A stretch of 59,146 nucleotides of DNA, the filler included, from Psammoneis japonica (taxonomy: Eukaryota): the NCBI GenBank assembly GCA_008632985.1. It is 2 parts of 2 records of this genome, joined end to end, with 100 filler letters (N's around TTAATTAATTAA, not from the genome) between each part and the next. Parts side by side here need not be neighbours in the genome. Positions count along the whole stretch, not along the records: positions 1 to 29,381 come from QPGO01000593.1; 1 more part is not named here. One strand, given 5' to 3'. Below, piece after piece: positions 11,701-24,234 of this stretch. Both the position numbers and the translations under genes were made by a program. Positions within the stretch are counted from its first letter, which is position 1. Every line of letters starts with the position of its first letter. The notes beneath the pieces were generated by a model. It saw nothing but the letters and a program-made list of their open reading frames with translations, was not told the DNA's origin and did no database searches.

Positions 11701-13673
11701 TTGCTGACGGCACCATGCAAACCGCTGACAGGAAGGAGAAGAAGAAGATCACAACAAAAGGATGGAAGTCATTGGGCGGATGGAAGGATGGCAGCTCATC
11801 TTGGGTCAAACTCAAAGATCTAAAGGACTCCAACCCCATTGAAGTTGCTGAGCATGCTGTTGCAAACAGGTTGACGGAAGAACCTGCTTTTGCTTTGTGG
11901 GTCACACATGTCCTGCGTGAATGGAACCGCATTGTGTCCAAGGTCAAGAAGAAGCACTGGCGCACGACTCACAAGTTTGGGACCCGATTGCCCAAGTCCA
12001 CGGAGGATGCTTTGCGGGTTGATCAGGAAACGGGGACAGATTGTTGGGCTTGTGCAATCAATGAGGAGATGGCAAAGGTGAAGGTGGCATGGCGCGAGCA
12101 CGAAGCTGAAACCCCTCAAGTCGTCCAGGAAGGCAAGAGCACAACTTTGCGTGGTTGTCAGGAGATCAGGTGCCACATGGCATTTGGCATTAAAATGGAT
12201 TTCACCAGAAAGGCAAGGTTTGTAGCTGGCAGACACACGACAGAGGCCCTGGCATCGATCGCTTGCTCTGGCATGGTTTCCAGAGACAGTGCGCGACTTG
12301 GATTCTTGTCAGCAGCCTTGAATGGTGCCGACATTACGGCGATTGATCTGGAGAATGCTTGTCTCAATGCACCGTGTGCAGAAAAGATGTGGTTTGAAGG
12401 TGGAAAGGAATGTGGCGGGTACGAAGGAAAGGTGCTTGTTGTTGCTCGGGCGTTGCATGGCTCAAAGAGCTTGGGACACTCTTGGAGGTCTGCACTGTCA
12501 TCGATCTTACGTGACTCAGGCTTCGAATCGACGAGAGCGGACCCAGATGTCCACTTGCGTGCGGCGACTCGTGAGGATGGGCACGAGCATTGTGAAATGC
12601 TTTTGGTTTGCGTCGATGACATGCTGGTCATTTCCCATCAAGGGAAGTCCATTGTTGCTGCAATGGGTGAACACTGTGCCGTGAAGCCCGGCAGCAAAGG
12701 AGAACCAGAAGTTTGTCTTGGAGCTAATGTTGAGAAGGTTCAGACTCAGGATGGGCGCACAATCTGGGCGAGTTCACCGAGGTCACATGTCAAATCGGCG
12801 ATTGAGACTGTGGAAGGCCCATTGGATGAAGACGGCAATGGAGAGGTTCTGAAGAACAGTGCAAAGGATCCACCACCCCCAAAGCACAAACCGGAACTGG
12901 ACGTGACGGACGAGTTGGGCCCCGACTTGGTGGACAGGCATTTGCAGCTGACAGGGATTTGTCGTTGGGCGATCGAGTTGCGTCGCATCGATGTCTTGCA
13001 TGAGGTTTCAATCCCATCTCAACATCAAGCCAATCCAAGGAAAGGACATCTTGAGGCATTGCATCATGCATTTGCGCACATGAAGAAACACCAGAACATC
13101 GGATGCATCAGATTTGATCCAAAGGAACTGGTGATTGATGAATCTATTTTCAATTCGAACGCAGACTGGACCAAGTTTTACGGGGACGTCGAGGAGGAAC
13201 TGCCGCCACGGGCACCGAAGCCTCGTGGCAATCTGGCAAACATCCACGCATTTGTTGATGCTAACCATGCAGGGAATGTTGTCACTCGCAGGTCGCATGG
13301 CAGGACTCTGACATTCGTCAATGATGTGCCAGTGGTTTGGTTCAGCAAGCGGCAGAACACGGTGGAATCGGCAACGTTTGGAAGTGAATTGGTTGTGGTG
13401 CGGATTTGCAAGGAATTGATTGTTGCTTTGCGTCACAAGCTTCGCATGTTTGGGGTTCCCCTTGAAGGACCGGCAAGTGTCTTTTGTGACAATCGCGGTG
13501 TTGCAAAGAATGCAAGTGCACCCGAGTCGGTTTTGCACAAGAAGCACAATGCCATCAACTGCCATGTTGTGCGAGAAGTGGTCGCAGCGGGAATCATTCG
13601 TGTTGGCAAGGAGGATGTGGAAACGAACTTGGCCGATCCACTTGCAAAGGTGGTCACAGGAGAGCGGCGATGA
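8745..13673 (+). pseudogene. pol: copia pol (PR-INT-RT-RNase H), copy A, with stops and a TRIM insertion
   Basis: ECDTHADTCCAG; LVSDGAGEF and QNQAAEREIG; TTKGW..WVKLKDLKDSNP; RKARFVAG, DLENACLNA, LVCVDD; FVDANHAG, SKRQNTVES, FCDN, NLAD. Confidence 0.95.
9046..9672 (-). mobile_element. TRIM-like non-autonomous LTR element nested in copia A pol
   Basis: Two 174-bp TG...CA repeats (9046-9219, 9499-9672) around a 279-bp interior. Minus-strand PBS TGGTGAGACACC and PPT AAGGAGGA. 6-bp TSD ACCCAT (9040-9045, 9673-9678). Absent from copy B at ~17520. Confidence 0.9.
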
Positions 13674-13864
13674 AAGCTTTGCTTGTGCATTTTTTGGCAA
13701 TGTCCCGACACCAAGGCCAGGCACCTGTGGCTCGTGCCCACGCATCGTGGCCTCCCAAGCCAGTGTGTCTGGTGGTTTAATTTGGGTTCTTGTGGTTTGC
13801 CTCTCTGTGAGAGGATGTCACATGTTTGGACAAATCGGCGCTGTCATTGCCGTTTTGCAGGGAC

Positions 13865-14014
13865 CGAGTAAATCTGGATGGAGGGCCATGTCACAATTGG
13901 TGATTGGTTGAGACACATGGATCCAATGGTGCTGCAATGACATGCTCACAATCTAATCAGGTTCAGGTTCACAAGGTGTCATGCTTGTTCTTTCGTTGTA
14001 TCGAGATTTGTTCG
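13865..14014 (+). repeat. 3' LTR of copy A (about 32-bp internal deletion)
   Basis: Follows the PPT. Aligns to 6578-6759. Ends GATTTGTTCG. Confidence 0.85.
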
Positions 14015-14328
14015 TTCCAACTTTGCAATGTTCCAAGATGACTTGCTTCAGTGGAATGATCAGATCCAGTCAGAAGAAAAGAGTCACTCTGTTGCTGTGG
14101 TTTCAAGTGTTTTGAAGGTTGTGAATCAATTTGCTGCTGCTGTTCATGACACCATTCCCAGCTGTTCCCGAGGGGCGTCATTGTTTGGCAGTGACACCCA
14201 CCTTGGCCAACCACAACACATTCCTGCCGCGCCACTGGTGCACTGAGGGTGTGGGTCAGCTTGTTGCCAAAATTGCAGGGTGGAAGTGTGGCAGCACTTT
14301 AAACATGGAATTTTGGTTTTGTTTTTTT
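14015..14328 (+). mobile_element. Fragment ending in a LINE-type 3' terminal motif and T-rich tail
   Basis: CTGCCGC..GGTGCACTG..GTGTGGGTCAGC..GCACTTTAAA..GGTTTTGTTTTTT resembles 2060-2164. The 5' boundary is uncertain. Confidence 0.5.
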
Positions 14329-14640
14329 GCGTGGCAGCGCAGCATTGCCAACACGCACCCGGGAAGCATGGCCACAGGAGGGCGTGGCTCTCATGTCTCA
14401 GGCAATCTAGAAGGATGCTGCGAGAGCAAAGCACTCCAACCTGTTTGTCTGGCCCACAACAGTGGCATGATTCCACACAATGACATCACTCGTGCACAGC
14501 ACATGATGGCATGATTTGCACAATCCACAATGCGAGTGCACGATTGATTGGCGCGATCCAAAATGCAAGTGAGTGGGAATTTGACAAGATTCCCTGTTCT
14601 CGCGATTCCATTTCTCTGTGCATGAACTGGCTCACAATTT

Positions 14641-15088
14641 GGCAGAATGCGGTGGAATTGGCAATGTTTGGAAGTGAATTGGTTGTGATGCGGATTTGCA
14701 AGGAATTGATTGTTGCTTTGCGTCACAAGCTTCGCATGTTTGGGGTTCCCCTTGAAGGACCGGCAAGTGTCTTTTGTGACAATCGCGGTGTTGCAAAGGA
14801 TGCAAGTGCACCCGAGTCGGTTTTGCACAAGAAGCACAATGCCATCAACTGCCATGTTGTGCGAGAAGTGGTTGCAGTGGGAATCATTCGTGTTGGCAAG
14901 GAGGATGCGGAAACAAACTTGGCCGATCTACTTGCGAAGGTGGTCACAGGAGAGTGGCGATGGAAGCTTTGCTTGTGCATTTTTTGGCAATGTCCCGACA
15001 ACAAGGCCAGACACCTGTGGCTCGCGTCCACGCATCGTGGCCTCCCAAGCCAGCACATCTGGTGGTTTAATTTGGGTTCTTGTGGTTT
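14641..15088 (+). mobile_element. 3' fragment (RNase H end and 3' UTR) of a third A/B-family copia copy, into which copy B is inserted
   Basis: Aligns to 13351-13798 (FGSELV..LRHKLRMFGVP..FCDN..NLAD) and stops abruptly at the LTR starting at 15089. Confidence 0.85.
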
Positions 15089-15702
15089 CGAGTAAATCTG
15101 GATGGAGGGCCATGTTGCAATTGGTGATTGGTTGAGACATGTGGATCGAGTGGTGCTGCAGCAATGTGCTCACAATCCAATCAGGTTTGGGCTCGCATTG
15201 ACAGTGTCACTGCTTTCTGTTTGGACTTAAGGTGTCGTGCTTGTTCTTTCATTGCATTGAGATTTGTTTGCTTCATCAGAGCCAGGACGAAAAAGACAGA
15301 GCGAAATGGTTTTGAATGCAATTTGTCATGGACGATTGTTTGTTGTGTTGTTTGCATGGAATGTGCAGCTGTAGAAACGGCACTGAACTGTGCGCGATGC
15401 GTCAGAATTCGGATTGATGCGCACGATGATGCGTCTCGTGTCGCTTGCCATGATGTCCACAAAACAGCTTGCAATGGCAACACTCGCAAAGACAGTCGCT
15501 GTCCTCACACATGTGACGGGTGTGAAGAAACTGCTGCATTGGGCGACATGCCCGAGCGTGTGCTCAATGATGTCGGTTGACATGAATGACACAGGACTGA
15601 TCACCCTGACGTCGGGTGGCTGTGTGAACCCGTTGTCACAACACAGAGAAAGTGCAGCCATCATGACCATGCGGGACCTTTGTGCCCTTTCTCCATTGTG
15701 GG

Positions 15703-17213
15703 ATGGCAGCAGCAGCAGCACCAGCAGCAGCACTTGCGGCGTCAGCCGCGGCAGCTGACGTTGACGCAGTTTTACAAGTTTGTGGTGTTGCTGACCAGAA
15801 CGCAAGGGCGAGGTTGGTCTTCTGTGAAGGGTCCACGACTTTGGAAAACATCGCAGTGATGGAGAGTGATCACGATGTGGAATGCATGGCGCAGAGGGCG
15901 TCTCGTCACACAGTGGCCTACGGACGTGTGACTCTTGGGACTGTTCAGATCAAGAACTTGCAGGCACTAGCATGGTGGTGCCAGGATTTGCTCAAACGGA
16001 GTCAGCCATTGGTTGCGGCAGACTTTAATGCAGCAGCCATGGCTGCAGCCCGGGATGGCAGGCGTGTCGAAAAGGAGCGCACGGATTCGGATGCGTCGGC
16101 AAGCGGTCTCGTAAAGTTCAAGCCCGATGACTTCGATGTGTGCGAAGATGCTTTCCTGAATCTCTTGGCACAGAAATTTGGCGTGTTGAAAGAACCCCTT
16201 TGCCATGTCGCAAGCACAATGCCAGCTCCAGCTGCATTCACGGATGCTCAACAACAGCGCATGTGCCAGATGCCATTGAATGGCGCCACATGTGATGAGG
16301 ACAACCGCAGCGTTCACCGTGTGTTGAAGGAACACTTGGTCGACACGGCAGGATGGGCATGGATCGAACCGTTTGACGTGACAGAAGACGGACGTGGAGC
16401 ATTCAACGCATGGGTTGACCACTGCAATGGACAGGGCGAGTTGAGCAAGTGCATCCATCTGGCTGTGGCAACTGTTTCTTCGAAAAGTTCAATGAGAAAC
16501 TTGCCAGTGCTTTCGCCACTTTGAACAAATCACTGGACAACCGCAAATCTGAACGACAGAAAGTTGACATTCTTCTAAAAGGGATCCGAGTGGATGACAC
16601 TCGTCTCATTGCAGCAACGGCTGTCATTGGCAGTCAGCACCCTCGTGACTTCACGGGGGCATGTGCTTGTTTCTCATCCGAAGTCTCTCGTTTGCATGCA
16701 GGTGCTCAGTTGGAAGCCCGGCGTTGCTCGAAGCGCAAGATTTCTGAAATGAGCCGTGGTGGCGGCAGTGGCCACGGTTGTTGTTGAGGTTGCGGTCACG
16801 GAGGAAGATTTGGGCGTGGGGGTGGACGTGGACGTGGTGGTGGCCGTCAAGGTGGAGGTGGCGACCACACTACGATGATCAATGGAGTCGATGTGTCCGA
16901 CCCTGCAAGGAGCTTTGGCGCTCAAGAATGGGAAAAGTTGCGGCACAATGGGGGCATGAGCTGCGTGTTCCAAGCTCGCGAACGAATGGGTCATGGATGC
17001 GGTGGTGGCCGTGGGTCTCCCGCAGGTCAACAAGGACGCGATGGGGGTGGCAGGCATGCAGCTGAAGCCCAAGTCTGTCAAGATGGCCAGGGCCAAACCC
17101 AACAACAGGATCAGGAGCAAAGGAGCAGCAGGCGTGGTCGCGGCACTGACCAGGATCGCGGTGGATGCAATGGACGCGCCTTTGGTCGGGGAGCCCACAA
17201 TGGTTCCACCTGA
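15703..17213 (+). pseudogene. gag: copia gag, copy B
   Basis: ORFs 15682..16524, 16449..16787 and 16875..17213 are colinear with gag of copy A. Confidence 0.85.
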
Positions 17214-17222
17214 CTCCTTGGG

Positions 17223-20200
17223 GTGGCAACAGCTGCTGGAGCATTGGCGCATTTGGTGCACTTGTCATTTTTGCTTGTGTCGCTCTTCTTGCTGTTGACC
17301 AAACCCCACCCAACATCTTGTTTCAAAGGAAAGGCGACAAAGAGGCACATTGCCGTGACATCAAAACGTGTGATCCGTTCGACGAGTTCTGCACAGATGA
17401 CAAATTTGACGACACCTGGGTTTGTCGCTCGAAATGAATGTGATGCTCACGCGGACACTTGCTGCGCTGGGGTGAGCTGGAAGCTCATGGAGATGACAAA
17501 TGAAGTGTGCGAGGTACGTCCATTTCTGGACTCTTGTGAGCTGATCAAACAGATTCCTGTGGCACGTTGTTGCACCACATGGACAGATCCAGAAACGACT
17601 CGTGAACATTTGCTGGTTGGTGATCAAATGCTCTGGTTTGGGACCGACATGGAACACTCACTTTTGAATCCCAACCAACTCCGTGCGCACAACACACCCA
17701 CACACGACAACCCTTGCGACACCTGAAACGGATTTGGCACTGAAGCTGACAAAGCTTTCATCCCTTTCAATGCCACGGGGACAATTGTGTCTTTCAAGTC
17801 TCGTGTTCCAACGGATTGGGAAGCACAGAACTTGCCGGTTGTGCTGTTGACAGGTGACGCATGGGATCCAGCACAGACAGACATGGGCTTGCCGGAGCAC
17901 ACCAGAGAGCAGGCGGAGATGTGTGCTGTTCGATCATTGACCTCTGGCATGCAACAAGAACAGGTCTCGGAATTAAGGAGCGAGAAGGCAAAGTCCCAAG
18001 CAGCACGCTGGGGCGAGGTCGAAATGCAACTGTCGTCCATGTCTCCCATCTGTCAACTTCATTCGTTTTGCGACAGGCTTGTCAGCTCAGTGAACATGGC
18101 TTGTGCATGTCGCGACGACGTGGACAAGAGGCAGAGGGCAGTCAAAGATTTGTGCAGCAAGGATCGGCACTCGAAGGTTGACGCTGAAGAGCTGGCCCAA
18201 AAATGGAGTGTCGGTTTAGAAACAGCAAAAGATGCTCTCAATGCAGCAACTCAGCGCGGTGTGCGAACGGCGACCCAGTCGATGTCACGAAGAGTGAGGG
18301 TGGATCATCTTGACTTGCATCGGAAGCGTCTGAAAGGAACATGGTTTGTGGACACTTTGATGTCCAAGGTGAAGTCTTCACTCAGTGACACGTGTGCCAA
18401 TGTTTGTGCTCAGGGCAAATTCGTGAAGGTTGTGCCGATGACCGCCAGGTCGGAGGCAGGTTTGTCTCTTGTTGAATTCACAGACAATGTGGGTGCACCA
18501 GAATGTCTTGTGTCGGACGGGGCAGGAGAGTTCACAGGAAGGAGCACCGAATTTGTGAGACACACACGACGCATGAGAGTGCAATTGAGAACATCAGAGC
18601 AGGGTCGGAAGAACCAGAACCAGGCAGCGGAGCACGAAATTGGTTTCTTGGCCAAACGTTGGCGGCTGCGGATGACGAAGAAGAAGGCACCAAAGCGATT
18701 GTGGGATTTTGGTCTTGTTTGCGAGTCGGAATTAGTGTCGCGCATGGCAAGAGGCAGGGACAAGAGGGCTGGATGTGAAGAGGTCACTGGGCAGACACCA
18801 GAGATGGGCAAGCGTTTGGATTTTGGTTTCTGCGACATGGTGTGGTGGCGGGACAGGCCCAACAAGCCAAGTGCAACTGACGATCCTCGAAGGCTTGGAC
18901 GGTGGCTTGGTGTCTCACACAAAGTTGGCTCGGACATGTGCCATTGGATCATTGCGGAAAGCGGGAAGATTGTCTCCAAAACATCGGTCGAGCATGTGAC
19001 ACAGGCTGATGTGGCACAACCGGACATTCGCGTTGAGGTCGACAACTTTAATGAGCAGCTGGAGAAGCGATTGGACGATGCTGACTTTGTCTTAAAAGGC
19101 GATGAAGCTGTGCCCGCATTCGTGTTGGACAATCTTGCAATTGACGGCAACCTCGGTGTGGAACATGAGGGCGGCATCACGCCAGAGGATGAGGAATGTG
19201 GCAACATGCTGTCACCCGACAAGCGACCAGACAACGACGATGAGCGTTCAATCGATCAATGCCTGGGAATGGAGCTCATGTTTGACATCGGAACCAACGG
19301 CGAGCGACGTGGTGTTGCAACGAAATGTGCAAGAGGACAGGATGGGCGTCCAATTGGGGCTCGGCATCAAAACCCATTGTTTGACACTCGCGAGTGCAAA
19401 GTGGAACACACCGATGGAACCACAGACAAGCACACAGCCAATGTTGTTGCTGAGAACATGTTTGCTCAGGTCGACAGCGAGGGCAACCAGCACTCCATCT
19501 CACACGAGATGCAGGGCCACGAGAGGAGTGACGATGCGGTGTCGATTGCTGACGGCACCGCACGAACCGCTGACGGGAAGGAGAAGAAGAAGATCACAAC
19601 AAAAGGATGGAAGTTGTTGGTCAGATGGAAGGATGGCAGCTCATCTTGGGTCAAACTCAAAGATCTAAAGGACTCCAACCCCATTGAAGTTGCTGAGCAT
19701 GCTGTTGCGAACAGGTTGATGGAAGAGCCTGCTTTTGCTTGGTGGGTCACACATGTCCTGCGCAAACGGAATCGCATTGTGTCCAAGGTCAAGAAGAAGT
19801 GCTGGCGCATGACTCACAAGTTTGGGATCCGATTGCCCAAGTCCACGGAGGATGCTTTGTGAATTGATCAGGAAATGGGGACAGATTGTTGGGCTCGTGC
19901 AATCAACAAGGAGATGGCAAAGGCAAAGGTGGCATGGCACGAGCACGAAGCTGAAACCCCTCAAGTCGTCCGGGAAGGCAAGAGTGCAACTTTGCGTGGT
20001 TGTCAGGAGATCAGGTGCCACATGGTGTTTGACATCAAAATGGATTTCACCAGAAAGGCAAGGTTTGCAGCTGGCGGACACACAACAGAGGCCCTGGCAT
20101 CGATCACTTGCTCCAGCGTGGTTTCCAGAGACAGTGTGCGACTTGGATTCTTGTCAGCAGCCTTGAATGGTGTCGACATTACGGCGATTGATCTGGAGAA

Positions 20201-21446
20201 TGCTTGTCTCAATGCACCGTGCGCAGAAAAGATGTGGTTTGGAGGCGGAAAGGAATGCGGCGAGTGCGAAGGAAAGGCACTTGTTGTTGCTCGGGCGTTG
20301 TGTGGCTTAAAGAGCTCGGGATGCTCTTGGAGGTCTGCACTGTCATCGGTCTTACGTGACCCAGGCTTCGAATCGACGAGAGCGGACCCAGATGTCTGCT
20401 TGCATGCGGCGACTCGTGAGGATGGGCACGAGCATTGTGAAATGCTTTTGGTTCATGTCGACGATGCACCAATCATTTCCCATCAAGGGAAATCTGTTGT
20501 CACTGCAATGGGTGAACACCACACCGTGAAGCCCGGCAGCGAAGGAGAACCAGAAGTTCATCTTGGAGCTGATGTTGAGAAGGATCAGACTCAGGATGGG
20601 TGCACAATCTGGGCAAGTTCACTGAGGTCACATGTCAAATCGGCGATTGAGACTGTGGAAGGCCTGTTGGATGAAGACGGCAATGGAGAGGTTCTGAAGA
20701 ACAGTGCAAAGGATCCACTGCCCCCAAAGTGCAAACCGGAGCTGGACGTGACGGACGAGTTAGGCCCCAACTTGGTGGACAGGCATTTGCAGCTGACAGG
20801 GATTTGTCATTGGGCGATCGAGTTGGGTCGTGTCGACATCTTGCATGAGGTTTCAATCATGTCTCAATGTCAAGCTAATCTGAGGAAAGGACATCTTGAG
20901 GCATTGTGTCATGTGTTTGCGTGTGTGAAGAAACACCAGAACGTCGGACGCATCGGATTTGATCCAAAGGAACCGGTGAATGATGAATCTATTTTCAATT
21001 CAAATGCAGACTGGACTGAGTTTTACGGGGATGTCGAGGAGGAACTGCCGCCACGAGCACCGAAGCCTCGTGGTGATCCAGCAAACATCCGCGCATTTGT
21101 TGATGCCAACCATGCAGGGAATGTTGTCACTCGCAGGTCGCACAGCGGGATTCTGACATTCGTCAACAACGCACCAGTGGTGTGGTTCAGCAAGCGGCAG
21201 AACACAGTGGAATCGGCAATGTTTGGAAGTGAATTGGCTGCAATGCGGATTTGCAAAGAATTGATTGTTGCTTTGCGTTGCAAGCTTCGCATGTTTGGGG
21301 TTCCCCTTGAAGGACCGGCAAGCATCTTTTGTGACAATCGCAGTGTTGCAAAGAATGCAAGTGCACCCGAGTCAGTTTTGCACAAGAAGCACAATGCCAT
21401 CAATTGCCATGTTGTGCAAGAAGCGGTTGCAGCGGGAATTGTTCGT
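17223..21446 (+). pseudogene. pol: copia pol, copy B
   Basis: ORFs 17223..17726, 17787..19862 and 19875..21470: DAHADT, integrase core, LVHVDD, FVDANHAG. Confidence 0.95.
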
Positions 21447-21494
21447 GGGCAAAGGTGCAACAGCACTTAAAATTGGGGTTTGGTTTTTTTTTTT
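21447..21494 (+). mobile_element. 48-bp LINE 3' end with oligo-T tail
   Basis: GGGCAAAGGTGCAACAGCACTTAAAATTGGGGTTTGG followed by a T run; nearly identical to 2118-2164. Confidence 0.75.
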
Positions 21495-21863
21495 GTCGTG
21501 CAGCATCATGCCAACAAGGCAATCTCGCTTGATGCCACCGCACATGATCTTAGTCGCAAGATCGGCTGGATTGCATTCCGACATAATGTGTCCTGCAAGG
21601 GACTCACCCACAGCTGCCGACTCCCCAATGGCATGGCAGCATGTGGAGTTAGACTTCTTCTTCAAAGTCGACTCTGGGCTTTGGGTGTTGTGGACAACTG
21701 ACATGTTGTCCCCACAAATGCACGATGGTCCGCTGAGCGGGACTCCCATCATCCTGAGTTTGTGCCTCAGGCCTCGCAAAGCTTCCATGCCCTGCTTCAC
21801 AGCCACAAACTCAGCACCAAAGACTGAAGTCTTGATGGCACTCTGGCGATTGGAGAACCAGGC
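21495..21863 (-). mobile_element. RNase H fragment of a C-family copia element
   Basis: Aligns to ~24672-25041 (FGAEFVAVKQGMEALRGLRHKLRMMGVP..GDNMSV..NPADLATK). Confidence 0.85.
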
Positions 21864-21949
21864 TGACCCAATCTCCGGATGCTCTCCTCCACATCAGAAG
21901 GAAATTCCATGCCCCTGAGGTGCAAAGTGTGAGCTGCGCTCCATTGGAC

Positions 21950-24234
21950 GGCACCATTGACGGCGAGAGTCCAGCTGAAAGTTGCTGCATTTCTGATGAT
22001 GGAGCCATCGCTGCCAGCTGTTGACGGGTGTGTCTGCAAGCAGCGTGCAATCTCAAAGACGGGTGCATGCAAGTGCGCATCGGCAAAGAGGAATGACTCC
22101 CATTGCTGCAATGATGACAACCAAGCTTGAAAGTCTGAAGGAACCGGTGTGGCGGGAGGTGGGTCGAATGAAGAACCAGTGTGTCCAGCGCACCACCAGC
22201 CATCTCGATTGGCATCTGCCATCACTGGAGAAGCCCTCAGAGACAGATCAGGTGCAACCTTGAGAGGATCAACAGATTGGGCGGAGCCATGAGACATGGG
22301 GAAAACCTGAAATCCCGTGCCCGACTTTACACGCAAATGATCTTTGTCAGGTTCACAGTGCGCTGGAAAGGTCGCGTGCATCTCTGTTGCTGGAATTGCC
22401 CAAGAGCCAAGGGGGCCTTGAAGCTCTAAATCAACATTCTTGCAAAACAACCTGCAGACACATTGCCATTGTTTCCATGCTCTGGCAGATGGGGCTGCCT
22501 GTTCAACTTGGTTCAATGTCAAAATGCCACTGAGAACTGAGGTGTGTCAGCGGAACTTGTGCTTGTCAAGTGCTCTGCCATCAGGCAAGGTGACACCCAA
22601 AACTGTGAGGACGTTGAGAAACAGGCAACAGCAGTTGACCCACCTGACCTCTTTGTCAGAGAAAAGTCCTGAGTCAAGTGCTGTGTCCATGAGACATTGG
22701 TCGTTGTCTCGTTGAAGTGGAAGGACTCCAGGTTCGTCCAGGTCAAAGGAAGTGTTGATGCGGGAGAGAAAGGATCCAAGTGAGCTGAGCCATTTTGACT
22801 CAGAATGTGGTGGGCGGGGAGTGCACATCCTTCAAAAAGCTGACACCGGTGCCCAGATGGAACTGAACCCAAGATGCTGTGGTCCGTGAAAGGGCACGTG
22901 GTTGGCCAACACCTCTCCAGTGAGACATGAACTGCGTGACTTGGCTGACTCCTTGTTTGACATCCAAGGACCAGAAACCGCCGCCTCCAAGGGAATGTGG
23001 GCCAAATGAGGCATGTCGTTTCATGTTGCAATCACACCCACATTTTGCAAAGATCGTCCGCATGGCCTTCCTCTGGATCGCTGCCAAGCAGCACGCAAAG
23101 CAATGGGCTCATGCTTTGTGACAATCTAATGGGCATGAGCAAAGAAACAAGGCCACATCACAGCTCTTCTTCTTCAAGGCCTTGCAGTGCATCTTTTGCA
23201 TTCCAGCCGGAGCTTTGTGGTGGCCCAAAGTCTTGTGGGAGGTGCAAGGCGACAGTTGAGTGCTGGGCCTGCTGTTGGACCTGTCTGTGGAGGAAATGTC
23301 AATGACGATGTCGTCATTGCATGCGCGGAGGTGAGGTTCACCATCCTCCACAAAGTTCCATTCAATGACATGAAAGGAGCACTTCGGAAGTTCCAGCTTG
23401 TGTCCTGCTGCGTTCAGCGGGTCGCGCCAAAGTTGATCATCTTGCTGCGTTTTGAGTGCCAACTCCAAACCATCAGGCTGGGGGGATGCAGTGAAGTCGT
23501 TCACCTGCTTGGATGTGTCGTCTGCGCAGCCTCGGTCACAGATCTTGAGTGACACAGAATGACCAGGAGACTCAAAGAAGGCTCCGTGAGCTTTTTGGTT
23601 GAAGAGATCAAACAAACTGTTGCATGCCTGGTTCCAGCACAGTGGAGAGTTTTCACTGCCTTGTCCTGTGCCGCAGATGGGAATGTCCAATGAGTGGGAA
23701 CATGAGGTGGGAGACAATCCCATGGCTGTTTTTAGCCAGTGACGAGCTTGCAGGAGGGCAGATGTTGCTGACTTTGTCACGGTCTTAGGCACGCCATTGC
23801 TGCAACTTTCAAGAGCTGCCAGAGTGGGAATGTTCCCATCGCAGCAGGAGGCACAGTTGCCGTTGCCATGGATGGCTGTTTTCCGAGACACCCTGTTGAT
23901 TTCCAACATCAATTCTTCCAAACACAATGGGACGTTGGCATGCAGGAAAGGACGTGCACCACAAATGCCTGGGTTGCACAATTTGCGGTGCTTCACATTC
24001 TGAGCCAACAAATGCCACAGGACACTTGAGATGAGTTGGAAATCTGCCTTGCAGACATGAACAACGTGCAAACGATGGATCTTGTTGTTGCCAGCTTCCT
24101 TGAATGTCATCACATTTACAATGTCTCTCCATCGGTTGCAGGAGCATCCCCAGCACAAGGCGCAATTGAGCAGATTGAGCCAGATTTGTGTCAAGGTCTG
24201 CTGCACATTGTCCAGGTGGATGCAGGCCTCTGTC
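21950..24234 (-). pseudogene. LINE ORF2 reverse transcriptase and RNase H part (Ambal-like), continuation of 2197-4300
   Basis: RWRDIVNVM..KEAG..KIHRL, GTGQGSENSP, GCADD (YxDD position), KLELPKC, KTLG, and RNase H AGSDGS..ATFSW. The frame joins DGDL at 2197 to TEACIHL at 24234 across copia C. The Ambal assignment is inferred from domain content. Confidence 0.85.

Larger units (their letters stand above)
6578..14014 (+). mobile_element. Full-length Ty1/copia (CoDi-like) LTR retrotransposon, copy A (inactive)
   Basis: Order LTR-PBS-gag-protease (DTHADT)-integrase-RT-RNase H-PPT (GCAGGGAC)-LTR. The integrase-before-RT order is copia type. No matching TSD in the flanks (GCATG vs TTCCA). Confidence 0.95.
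15089..21446 (+). mobile_element. Ty1/copia copy B (same family as A), 3'-truncated
   Basis: LTR 15089-15270, PBS 15271-15284, gag and pol colinear with copy A. Breaks inside RNase H at 21446 with no 3' LTR. Confidence 0.95.

Noticed and set aside
11424..13673. 749-aa ORF as an intact, active polyprotein
   Set aside because: The RT motif is CVDD, upstream stops and a TRIM interrupt pol, and ORF length is inflated by the scarcity of TAA/TAG.
6578..21446. Alternative genetic code explaining Cys/His in place of Tyr
   Set aside because: The same site is TGY in one copy and CAY in the other, non-coding LTR and PBS sequence is affected too, and host genes use TAY normally.
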